DNA from: an uncultured Planctomycetaceae bacterium
GTDB lineage: Bacteria > Planctomycetota > Planctomycetia > Isosphaerales > Isosphaeraceae
Assembly (NCBI GenBank): GCA_963833985.1
Contig: CAWIAD010000002.1
Coordinates: forward strand, 2,112,001-2,176,000
Length of the DNA stretch: 64,000 bases
Direction: 5' to 3'
Shown here: one piece after another, positions 1 to 8,355 of the stretch
Numbering within the stretch: the first letter of the stretch is position 1
Layout of the letters: every line of letters begins with the position of its first letter
Position numbers and translations under genes: made by a program
The notes under the pieces: generated by a model
Database searches by the model: none
The model's input: only the letters and a program-made list of their open reading frames with translations
Told to the model about the DNA's origin: nothing

Positions 1-855
1 CGAAGAAAACGAACGGTCAAATCCATCGTGAGGCGTAGCCGTCAAGAGGAGCAGGGAGTCACATCGACGAGCCAGAACCTCGGCAAGGCCTCGTCTCTGA
101 GAATCCTCGGCGTTTTGGATGTTGCCGGTGTCCGTGCAATGGTGAGCTTCGTCGATGACGACAATATCGTAGCTGGCACGATCGAGCTGATCGAGGATCC
201 GTTCTTGCTTCAGGAAGTCGACGGAAACGAGGCCAAGGGGGATGAAGTCGAACGGATTCGAGCCGAGTTCCGTGCTCCTGCGGATCTCCTCGAGCTTCGA
301 CCTGTCGATGACTTCCAGTCGAAGCCCGAAGCGTTGAGCCATCTCGAGATGCCACTGTTCGAGCAGTGGGCCTGCGGGAGAGACCACGAGGACCCGGTGA
401 GCAAGCCGTCGTGCGACGAGCTCAGTGATGATCAGACCGGCCTGGATGGTCTTACCCAGTCCGACGGCATCGGCAAGAAGCAACCTGACTCTGCTGCTGC
501 GGATCGCCCTCAGAACTGGAACGAGCTGATAGGGCTCGATCCGGAGGCGTCCCGGTTGGACGGCGAGTAACGCGGTCGGTCCCAGGGCCTGTTCGAGGAG
601 GAACGCTTGGTGATAGACGAGCCAGTTGATCAACGGGGCCGCACGTTCAGGGCGGAGCTTGTGCCGAACCGGTTCGATCTCCTCGAACGGAGAGAGAAGA
701 TCGAATTCCTTCCCGAGGACAGCGTTCTCGAGCCCGCGAAGACGAAACAGCGTCTCCTGGCCCAGACTCTCGGTTGACACGACCTCCCAACGGAGACCAC
801 GTGCGATCACCTCTGTTCCTGGAAGTAGCTCCGTCGAATCGTGTTGACCCTTCAT
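1..855 (-). CDS. SNF2-family helicase, DISARM DrmD-like, N-terminal part (runs off the window)
   Basis: Manual translation from ATG 855: [26 protein letters not shown]...[35 protein letters not shown]...VVIDEAHH...[11 protein letters not shown] (Q motif, Walker A, DEAH, motif III). Confidence 0.9.
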   Translation of the reverse strand, partial: MKGQHDSTELLPGTEVIARGLRWEVVSTESLGQETLFRLRGLENAVLGKEFDLLSPFEEIEPVRHKLRPERAAPLINWLVYHQAFLLEQALGPTALLAVQPGRLRIEPYQLVPVLRAIRSSRVRLLLADAVGLGKTIQAGLIITELVARRLAHRVLVVSPAGPLLEQWHLEMAQRFGLRLEVIDRSKLEEIRRSTELGSNPFDFIPLGLVSVDFLKQERILDQLDRASYDIVVIDEAHHCTDTGNIQNAEDSQRRGLAEVLARRCDSLLLLTATPHDGFDRSFSS

Positions 856-1242
856 GAGTAACCAAAGGTTTAATGAATCCGATCAAAGAACTCGACATCC
901 GCCACAGACGCATGCACATCTAATAGAGCATGGCCTGACAGTCGATTCCTACGAGGTCTTTACATCTGATGACTGGTAATCCGGAATCCATGGACGATCT
1001 CGGACCGTCCCGAACCCCTAGGTTGGGCAAGGATTCCGGTCAGACCATGCTCTGGAAGGAGACTACTCCGAGCGGCCCGCAGACATTGACCAGCTTCTCA
1101 TCCTATCTCTTATTTTGGCGGCACCCAATGGGTGGATGGCCGAACTGCCGCTTTTTTCAAGGCTCGGGGTTCCAGGGGGGCTCGTTGATCGCTGATGAAC
1201 CATCGGGGCAAAGCCAAGGGCCCATCGATAAGAGACTTGAAA

Positions 1243-2115
1243 TCAAACGATTAATGTATTTGCTGACTTGTTTGCGGTCTTGTATTGCCAGGTCACGCAA
1301 TTCAGAGCACCACCAAAAACCGCGAGCCGCCGGCAATTTAGTGACTCGACCGTCGGAATCAAGCCGTTGCGACGAACTACCCTTCGAGAACACTCGTCTT
1401 CGGGCAACTCGTAGATGGGCATGATGAGAATCCTCTCGAGTCGCAGGAGGTTCACATAGTTTCCAATTGCCGAGGGCATCCCTTCATGTGCCCCCGAATC
1501 CGGCCGGTAGGGCATCTCAACGAGTTTCAATCCAGCCCGCTTTACCCTACGAAGCAGCTTCCGCCGATAGTTGCAATCGATCTGCCGGTAGTCATTCACT
1601 AATACGTTCTCTTCATCCACGAACCGAATCACGCCATCCGCGTGTCCGGTCACATCACCAGGTTCCGGAGGGATCAGGATCACCCGGTCCACTTCTAACA
1701 GCCTCTCAAGCTCAGCTATAAGCTCTCGGCGGTGCCACCGAGGATTCTCGACGAAGACCTTCTCGGTCATGATGACCTTGTTGGTCCACTTCACCACGTT
1801 CCCACCGTCGAGGACGATGTCACACTGGACGCAGTTCTTCACCCAGGGAAGGGTTGGTCCGATCTTTCCGTCCAGTCTCAGATGGCGGTACTTCCCCCTC
1901 AGATAATCAGGCTCATATCTGAACTGCACGAACCGATCCTCGGCCACCTGGATCGGCATGTAATCCCGGCACCAAATATCGCGAGTCCCTGGGATGATCC
2001 TCAGAGGAATGCCGTGGTCCGTCAGGATGGACTTCAAGCCCCTAAAGAGGTCGGGGAACCTCCCCTCAAGGCTATCGGCAACGAAAACCACATTGGTGTC
2101 ATGATCGGCGATCAT
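1243..2115 (-). CDS. Agmatine/peptidylarginine deiminase family protein
   Basis: Motifs DIWCRDYMP, LDGGN, GHADG, GGALNC. Confidence 0.88.
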   Translation of the reverse strand: MIADHDTNVVFVADSLEGRFPDLFRGLKSILTDHGIPLRIIPGTRDIWCRDYMPIQVAEDRFVQFRYEPDYLRGKYRHLRLDGKIGPTLPWVKNCVQCDIVLDGGNVVKWTNKVIMTEKVFVENPRWHRRELIAELERLLEVDRVILIPPEPGDVTGHADGVIRFVDEENVLVNDYRQIDCNYRRKLLRRVKRAGLKLVEMPYRPDSGAHEGMPSAIGNYVNLLRLERILIMPIYELPEDECSRRVVRRNGLIPTVESLNCRRLAVFGGALNCVTWQYKTANKSANTLIV

Positions 2116-2405
2116 CAGCCCACTTGATCCTTATGAACCCGTCTTACCCACCACTCCGATATTTCCTACGGATTCCTGACGAACATTGGAGAGTCCGAAT
2201 TCATCTCGTGGAGAAAGCTCAACGTAATCGGGTTTTCTGGACGGTGAACGACAACCGTTCTTTCCCCGCTCGCCGACCTCTTCCGCCTGCCGATCCACGA
2301 ACTCAGTCGCGGCGTGGCTCGCTCCTCCGCGGGGTAGCTCTTGATGAGGCCAAAGAACGTCTGCTTGGCCCACCTGAACCGGTCACCCTCATCAGGAGAA
2401 TCATC

Positions 2406-3389
2406 TTGGCTCACGAACTCTGCATCCAGAATGGCCGAGCGGCAATGATGTACGTTGACGAGGTCCCCTGGCACGGGCTGGGAACGCGTCTCGATTCCCC
2501 GGCAACGGCGAAGGACGCCATCACAGCCGCAAGCCTGGATTACGAGGTTGTCTTGTCAGACCTCTTCACCAAGGACGGTGTCCTCGTCCCGGGTCGCAAA
2601 GGGGCCATACGGACCGACTCCAATGACGTTCTCGGGGTCGTCGGCAACTCTTACGTGCCGATCCAAAACCGCGATTGCTTCTCGTTTCTCGATGCCGTGG
2701 TTGCCGACGGAGGCCTCCGGTATCACACTGCGGGTGCTTTGAGGAAAGGCGAAAAGATCTGGCTCTTGGCCAAGCTCCCCGGTCACATCCGGGTCCGATT
2801 CAGCGACGATATCTCCGAGAAGTATCTCCTTCTCTCTAACAGCCACGATGGGTCTTCCTGCCTCCGGGTCTTCTTCACGACCATCCGCGTTGTGTGTGCT
2901 AACACGTTGGCGATGGCAGACCGAGAGGGTCAGGGGGAAGGCATCAGCATTCGCCACCAGGGCGATCTTACATCGAAAATCCGTCAGGCCCGCGAAGTCC
3001 TGGGCATCGCAGCCCGTTATTTTGACGACCTGGCCGGACAGTTTGACCTCTTGGCCCGCCATCAACCCACATACGCCCAAGTCTCGGGCTATTTCAAAGC
3101 CCTGGTTCCCGATCCCGAAGAAGGCAATCGAACCCGGGCCGAGAATGTACGCAATGAGTTGTTTCAGCTCTTCGAACATGGCCGAGGTCAGGAAATCCCC
3201 CAGATCCGGGGAACCACTTGGGCCGCTCTCAACGCCGTCACTGAGTACGTAGATCATCTCCGGCCCACTAGAGCCAAGACGGAGCTAGATCGAGCTGCCA
3301 ACCGCCTCGAGTCAGCCTGGTTTGGTTCGGGGTCGCGGCTGAAACACCAAGCCTTCGAGTTAGCTCTCGAGCTGGCAGCCAAGAACTGA
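2406..3389 (+). CDS. DUF932 family phage/plasmid protein
   Basis: AGGAGA RBS then TTG start (MAHEL); PWHGLG, LLSNSHDGSS, IRVVCANTL, GTTWAALNAVTEYVDH motifs. Confidence 0.9.
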   Translation: MAHELCIQNGRAAMMYVDEVPWHGLGTRLDSPATAKDAITAASLDYEVVLSDLFTKDGVLVPGRKGAIRTDSNDVLGVVGNSYVPIQNRDCFSFLDAVVADGGLRYHTAGALRKGEKIWLLAKLPGHIRVRFSDDISEKYLLLSNSHDGSSCLRVFFTTIRVVCANTLAMADREGQGEGISIRHQGDLTSKIRQAREVLGIAARYFDDLAGQFDLLARHQPTYAQVSGYFKALVPDPEEGNRTRAENVRNELFQLFEHGRGQEIPQIRGTTWAALNAVTEYVDHLRPTRAKTELDRAANRLESAWFGSGSRLKHQAFELALELAAKN

Positions 3390-3516
3390 AACCTACTCTA
3401 TCCCCGTTCGGCGTCAATCTGACACTTTGGGGTTCAAAGTCCCGAGGCATCGAGCGGGGTACCAAGTCTGTCGAGATCAAGAACGCCCACTCAACCTCTT
3501 TTCGAGAATCTGCACC

Positions 3517-4035
3517 ATGCTCAAAGCCAACGTCGGACTCTCCCGCAAGATGTCGGAGAACTTCAATTCAACCGGATTCAGCCTCAACCTGGAGGGCGAG
3601 ATCCTGGCCACTCTCGATGATCCCGAAGCCGTCATCGAACGAATTCGGGAGCTCTACAATGTGGCCGAAGATGCTCTGGACCGCCAGGTCTCCGAGAGCC
3701 AGTCTGTCAATTCGATGGCCCGTCGCGACGCCGAGTCTCAGTCCCAGTCGGAAGACAGCCACCGGTCCAATGGTCGCCAGAACGCTGAGCCGGACCATTC
3801 CAACTCCGATCGGAATGGCAAACCCCGCAACGAAGAGCCCGCGACAAACAAACAGGTCCAGTTCCTCCAGACCTTGGCCAAGCGACAGAAGTTGTTCGGG
3901 GCCAAGCTGGAAGGCATCATCGAGGGCATCATTGGTCGACGCTGCACGCCTTACGACCTCACGAAGAAGGAAGCCGGGCAGGTGATCGACCAACTCAGCG
4001 GCGAAGAATCCGAATCCAACCGACCTCGCCGGTGA
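3517..4035 (+). CDS. Hypothetical mobile-element protein
   Basis: MLKANVGLSRK start; C-terminal PATNKQVQFL...LTKKEAGQVID motif; co-oriented with neighbours. Confidence 0.75.
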   Translation: MLKANVGLSRKMSENFNSTGFSLNLEGEILATLDDPEAVIERIRELYNVAEDALDRQVSESQSVNSMARRDAESQSQSEDSHRSNGRQNAEPDHSNSDRNGKPRNEEPATNKQVQFLQTLAKRQKLFGAKLEGIIEGIIGRRCTPYDLTKKEAGQVIDQLSGEESESNRPRR

Positions 4036-4065
4036 TCAGGTCAACCATCTCTACGACTCTCACCA

Positions 4066-4093
4066 AGGGGACAGGAGCAACGCCTCCGTCCCC
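4066..4093 (+). terminator. Intergenic hairpin (terminator/processing-like)
   Basis: GGGGACAGGAG-caacgc-CTCCGTCCCC stem-loop followed by ATTTC. Confidence 0.35.
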
Positions 4094-4113
4094 ATTTCAT
4101 TAGGAGCCCCGCG

Positions 4114-4965
4114 ATGCCTCATGAATCTAATAGACCGCACTGGTCCTATTCCTCCATCAGCCAGTACTTGAAGTGCCCGCTCCAGTTCTATTTCGAGCGA
4201 GTTCTCAAGTTGCCGAGAAAGACCATCTCCGACGCCCAGGTACTCGGATCGTCAGTCCATGCGGCACTGGCTTTCTACCATGGTCGGCTCAAGGCCCACG
4301 AACCCGTCCTGAACCGCCAAGTCGAAGACGTCTTTGTCACAACCTGGGATCAACAATCCCGCCAAGAAAAGATCGTTCACACCGGTGACAGGTCGAGGGA
4401 GGACAACCAATCCCTCGGAGTGGCCCTGATCGAAACTTACCTCAAGGCACCGCCACCAACCAACATCCTCGCCATCGAACAACCGATGCTGACTCCTCTT
4501 GTCACCTCGCAAGGCAATGTCCTGGAGAAGCCGCTCCTGGTCATCCCCGACATGATCACCCGAGATCAACCGGACAGCCTCAAAGTGATCGAGATCAAGA
4601 CCTCGGGACGAGCTTACTCGGAGTCTGAAGTGGCCGTTTCTCTCCAGCCAACTTGTTACGCTCATGCCCTATTTGAGTTGACCGGCGAGGAGCCGATCGT
4701 CGAATTGACCGTGCTGATCAAGACGAAAGCTCCCCGGCTCCAGAAGATCGACGCCATCCGAACGATCTCGGATTTCGGACGGTTGGGGGACTTGGTCGAG
4801 GTCGTGGAACAAGCCGTCGAAGCCGAGATCTTCTATCCGCAGGAGTCGCCGATGAACTGTTCGGGCTGTTCATTCTTCCGGGAATGTCGGGAGTGGACCG
4901 GCCCGGTGAACTCGGGGCCCGGGAATTCTCAAGTTCATATGATCGAGGAGGGCTCCCCGTGCTGA
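4114..4965 (+). CDS. PD-(D/E)XK nuclease, RecB/Cas4-like, with Cys cluster
   Basis: WSYSSISQYLKCP, GSSVH, PD...IEIKT, Q..CY, CSGCSFFREC. Confidence 0.88.
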   Translation: MPHESNRPHWSYSSISQYLKCPLQFYFERVLKLPRKTISDAQVLGSSVHAALAFYHGRLKAHEPVLNRQVEDVFVTTWDQQSRQEKIVHTGDRSREDNQSLGVALIETYLKAPPPTNILAIEQPMLTPLVTSQGNVLEKPLLVIPDMITRDQPDSLKVIEIKTSGRAYSESEVAVSLQPTCYAHALFELTGEEPIVELTVLIKTKAPRLQKIDAIRTISDFGRLGDLVEVVEQAVEAEIFYPQESPMNCSGCSFFRECREWTGPVNSGPGNSQVHMIEEGSPC

Positions 4966-5786
4966 CTGAGATGCTCGGCAAGGGGGGCAGAATCTGTTCT
5001 CAGGCCCGCTCGGGCCAGATCCGCTGTCCGCTCATCGTCCGCCCCACCAGCGAGGATGTCATCACGGGACACTTGGCCCAGACTCTTCGAGTTCTTCCCC
5101 CCAGGTGGTGGCTCCCAGACCTGCTCAATCTCTCCTTGAGAGCACCACGCTTTCGACGTCAGCATTTCCGGAACCTCCGCATCGAACCCTGGCAGAACCG
5201 CCCGTGTTTTCCCTCCGAACTTCTCCCCTGGAGTGAGGGGTCAACACAGGTGGACCTGACTATCTCCTGGGAGAACCCCCCGACGACGGTACTCATCGAG
5301 GCCAAGTATCTGTCGGACCTTTCCGAGAGTGTCTCAGGGGACGACGGTCGATCAGGTTTCCCTAGCGACCAATTGATCCGGAACATCCGTGTCGGACTGC
5401 TGGAGACCGGCTATTACGACCGTGGCAGTCGCCTGTTCTCTCAGCCCGAGAAGGATCTGATCGTCCTGGTCTTCTCCCCCAGGAAAGGCCATCCGCTCGT
5501 CCAGCGATACCGAGATCCGAGTGCTCTCCGGAAGGCCATTCCACACGCGGAGAAACTCAAGCGTCTGCCCCAATCCCCGTTCGTGGGGGAATTCTCCTTC
5601 GGGGACGTGATTGAAATGCTCCGAGCTCAATCCCGGTGGTTCAAACGGGCCGAACGGATGATAGCCAAGGATCTGACGGAATTCCTCGAATTCAAACTTC
5701 AAAGTCAAGCGAGGTCATCGCCAAGCCAATCCACTGAAAACTCGGACTCGCGATTTCGTCAGAATCTCCCGGTTAGGACCAGCTGA
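4959..5786 (+). CDS. Putative PD-(D/E)XK-fold nuclease
   Basis: GTG start overlapping the upstream stop; SEDVITG, TQVDL...LIEAKY, DQLIR. Confidence 0.7.
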   Translation: MLTEMLGKGGRICSQARSGQIRCPLIVRPTSEDVITGHLAQTLRVLPPRWWLPDLLNLSLRAPRFRRQHFRNLRIEPWQNRPCFPSELLPWSEGSTQVDLTISWENPPTTVLIEAKYLSDLSESVSGDDGRSGFPSDQLIRNIRVGLLETGYYDRGSRLFSQPEKDLIVLVFSPRKGHPLVQRYRDPSALRKAIPHAEKLKRLPQSPFVGEFSFGDVIEMLRAQSRWFKRAERMIAKDLTEFLEFKLQSQARSSPSQSTENSDSRFRQNLPVRTS

Positions 5787-5837
5787 AGGGCTTTCCGTTT
5801 GGGTCCGGCCAACCTCGGGGCTCCTTGAAAAGTTCCA

Positions 5838-5908
5838 TTATCAGATCTGGATAGGTGCCGCAGTAGACGGTCTTTGACAGGCGACCGTCTGATAAGCCGC
5901 CTTTATCA
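5838..5908. promoter_or_regulatory. Cluster of three palindromes (possible recombinase/res site or operator)
   Basis: TATCAGATCTGGATA; AGACGGTC-N10-GACCGTCT; TGATAA-N7-TTATCA upstream of the recombinase operon. Confidence 0.4.
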
Positions 5909-5963
5909 TGCATTAGAATTCCGGTAGAACATCCACGCAACGAGTGACCAGCGACGGAGGACC

Positions 5964-6176
5964 ATGGACACGGTAACGCTAGACGGACTCACCGTAACGC
6001 TCACCCAGGATGCGTATGTCTCCGACGACAGCGAGACCTACGAGGCACACGCCGCGGATGATGAAGGGAATGTCTATAAGGTATTTTGGCGGGTGATTTG
6101 CACCGACACAGACGACCAATCAAATTGCTGCGATTGGGATAAGCCCTTTCACATCACCCTGGTCGAGACTGCCTAG
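5964..6176 (+). CDS. Small acidic hypothetical protein
   Basis: GGAGG RBS, 70-aa ORF, first gene of a co-oriented run. Confidence 0.7.
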   Translation: MDTVTLDGLTVTLTQDAYVSDDSETYEAHAADDEGNVYKVFWRVICTDTDDQSNCCDWDKPFHITLVETA

Positions 6177-6223
6177 GGCCAGTAACGAGAGCCTACGGAA
6201 CACCCCGCCGGCCACGGAGGAGC

Positions 6224-6459
6224 ATGTACCACGAGAGACGCTTCAAGACGGAGATTCACGAGGACCTCTTAGCCAATTGGGACGATAACGGTCACGGGGC
6301 AGACGTCATCTTCGACCCGAGACGGGACCAATCGGGCAGATTGAGGATTGGGACGACGGGCACGGGCTGCTCGCAAATGGTGAGGATATGGCCGAGGTAA
6401 TTGACGGGGCCAAGAAGGCTATTCAACAGGTTCTTAAGGGCTCGCTTCCTTGTTGCTAA
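6224..6459 (+). pseudogene. Small acidic hypothetical protein with apparent frameshift near 6320
   Basis: GGAGGAG RBS + ATG (MYHERRFKTEIHEDLL...); protein-like continuation ETGPIGQIEDWDDGHGLL...CC* in another frame. Confidence 0.45.
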
Positions 6460-6478
6460 TCAACCACTAGGGAGGACC

Positions 6479-6913
6479 ATGGCCGACGACTCACTTGACC
6501 GCTTAGCAGCAGGCCGAGAACTCATGCGGGAGCGTTGCTATGAGTGTGCCTTGGCGAATACGCCGGACACGGTGCGGGCGATTAAGATTCGTCGGAGTCT
6601 GTCAGGAAGAGCCCACGTCAGAAGCGGAAGCGGGTTGATGGAAGCACCGGTGCCCAAGACCAGGAAGGCCCTCTACATCTTCCTTCACGAGTGTGCTCAC
6701 TTTGCCCTGGACCTTCGAGGACAAAAGCCGATTCACGTCCAGGAGCACGAGGCCGAGGAGTGGGCTCACCAGAGGATGCGTCAAGCCGGGATTCCAGTGC
6801 CGCGGTCGATGACTACGAGGGCCAAGGATTATGTTTCTCGCAAGATTGGTCGAGCCGAGAGGCGAGGAGCAAAGAACATCGACAGGAAGGCACGCAGATT
6901 CGCTGGGAGGTAG
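6479..6913 (+). CDS. HExxH metallopeptidase-like protein (ImmA/IrrE-like)
   Basis: GGGAGG RBS; IFLHECAHF and downstream QEHEAEEWA. Confidence 0.7.
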   Translation: MADDSLDRLAAGRELMRERCYECALANTPDTVRAIKIRRSLSGRAHVRSGSGLMEAPVPKTRKALYIFLHECAHFALDLRGQKPIHVQEHEAEEWAHQRMRQAGIPVPRSMTTRAKDYVSRKIGRAERRGAKNIDRKARRFAGR

Positions 6914-6930
6914 TCGTAGTCAATCCAAGG

Positions 6931-7263
6931 ATGACCATGACCGCCAACGTGATTTCGCTGAAGGATAAGCTGGCCGAAGAAGAGCAGGCCCTTCGAGCAC
7001 GAATGACCGCGTTTGCTCTGACGTTCCCCTCGATGCGGTACGCTTTGGGAGTCGAGCCCAGGGATGCCGTGGAACTAGACGCTTGGGGCAACGGCCCTCG
7101 CTCGCATGGTGAGCGAGTCACCGCTCAGTTTCTCTTGAATGTGTGGGACCCTTCGACCGAGTGGAAGTGTGGCCGCTTTGACGTGATGGAAGCGTTGCGA
7201 CTCTGGAGCCCCTCGCACCGAGAGCCGTTTCTTCGGTGGGCTTCTGACCCGTGGTGGCCGTGA
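6931..7263 (+). CDS. Hypothetical protein
   Basis: Co-oriented ORF; Trp-rich C-terminus (QFLLNVWD...FDVMEAL...DPWWP). Confidence 0.7.
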   Translation: MTMTANVISLKDKLAEEEQALRARMTAFALTFPSMRYALGVEPRDAVELDAWGNGPRSHGERVTAQFLLNVWDPSTEWKCGRFDVMEALRLWSPSHREPFLRWASDPWWP

Positions 7264-7273
7264 CGAAGGAGCT

Positions 7274-8290
7274 TTGCCCGTGTCCACTGACTTAGTCGTT
7301 ATAGAGCAAGGTGGCCCACCAGGTCGAAGGCCAGACGAGCTTCCCGCCCTGGTCATCCGGGCCGGGAGACCCGCCCGGGCGTGGACTGACTTCTTTGACG
7401 GCCGCTTGCGGAACGACCACACACGCAGAGCTTACGCCCGCTCGGTGCGCCACTTCCTCGCATGGTGCGAGCGGGAGCAGCTCGACCTTCCCCGCATCAT
7501 GGCCGGCGACGTCGGCCGCTACCTCTCGCAACTCTCGGGCGGGCCCGAAAAGAAGAAGGCGACGCTTGCCGCACTCAGGCGATACTTCCGCATCTTAGTC
7601 GAGCGGCACATCTGTCTTATCAATCCGGCTTCTGAGGCAGAGACGGACCGATACGAAATCGTCGAAGGCAAGACGCCCGAAATCACCGATACTCAGTTTC
7701 GAGCGTTACTCGCTGTCATCGATTCGACGACGATGACCGGCCTGAGAGACCAGCTCATCATAAAGACGCTTGCCTACACGGGGGCCAGAGTCGGAGCAGT
7801 GGCAGGCCTTGAGCGGGAGCACTATTATGAGGCCCGGGACCAGTGGATGCTTCACTTTGACGAGAAGCGAGGCAAGTCTCGGGAGATTCCCGTTGCCCAC
7901 GACTTGAAGACTCTCTTCGACGAGTACCTTGAACGAACCGGCATCAAGCACGAGCGGCGGAGACGAGACCCCGAGACAAACGAATTTGAGCCCATCTATC
8001 TCTTCAGGACCGCGTTGAGACGAAGCGGCCGGCTGACGAAAAACCCTATCTCCGGAAACGACATCTACCGCATGATGCAGAGGCATGCCGAGACGGCAGG
8101 CCTGGGAGCTAAGTTCTCACCGCACAGTTTCCGCGTGGCGATTGAGACGGACCTCCACGAGCAGGGCATTCCGACCGATGAGATTCAGACACTTCTCGGG
8201 CATTCGGATGTCCGGACGACAAACCTTTACAAGCGGAACCGCCGTGGCGTCACGCGAAACCTCGTCGAGCGGATTAGACTCGGCCGGTGA
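7274..8290 (+). CDS. Tyrosine recombinase (resolvase/integrase)
   Basis: YTGARV, EKRGK, SPHSFR, LLGHSDVRTTNLY catalytic motifs. Confidence 0.93.
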   Translation: MPVSTDLVVIEQGGPPGRRPDELPALVIRAGRPARAWTDFFDGRLRNDHTRRAYARSVRHFLAWCEREQLDLPRIMAGDVGRYLSQLSGGPEKKKATLAALRRYFRILVERHICLINPASEAETDRYEIVEGKTPEITDTQFRALLAVIDSTTMTGLRDQLIIKTLAYTGARVGAVAGLEREHYYEARDQWMLHFDEKRGKSREIPVAHDLKTLFDEYLERTGIKHERRRRDPETNEFEPIYLFRTALRRSGRLTKNPISGNDIYRMMQRHAETAGLGAKFSPHSFRVAIETDLHEQGIPTDEIQTLLGHSDVRTTNLYKRNRRGVTRNLVERIRLGR

Positions 8291-8355
8291 GAACACACGG
8301 CACCTAGGCAGTCTCCTGTCAGGTACACGTCAACAGCATGGGACGTTGAAAGGGT

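Noticed and set aside
28..570. 180-aa plus-strand ORF
   Set aside because: Antisense shadow of the SNF2 helicase
4114..4965. cas4 of a CRISPR-Cas system
   Set aside because: No cas1/cas2 or array; context is a DUF932 mobile-element module
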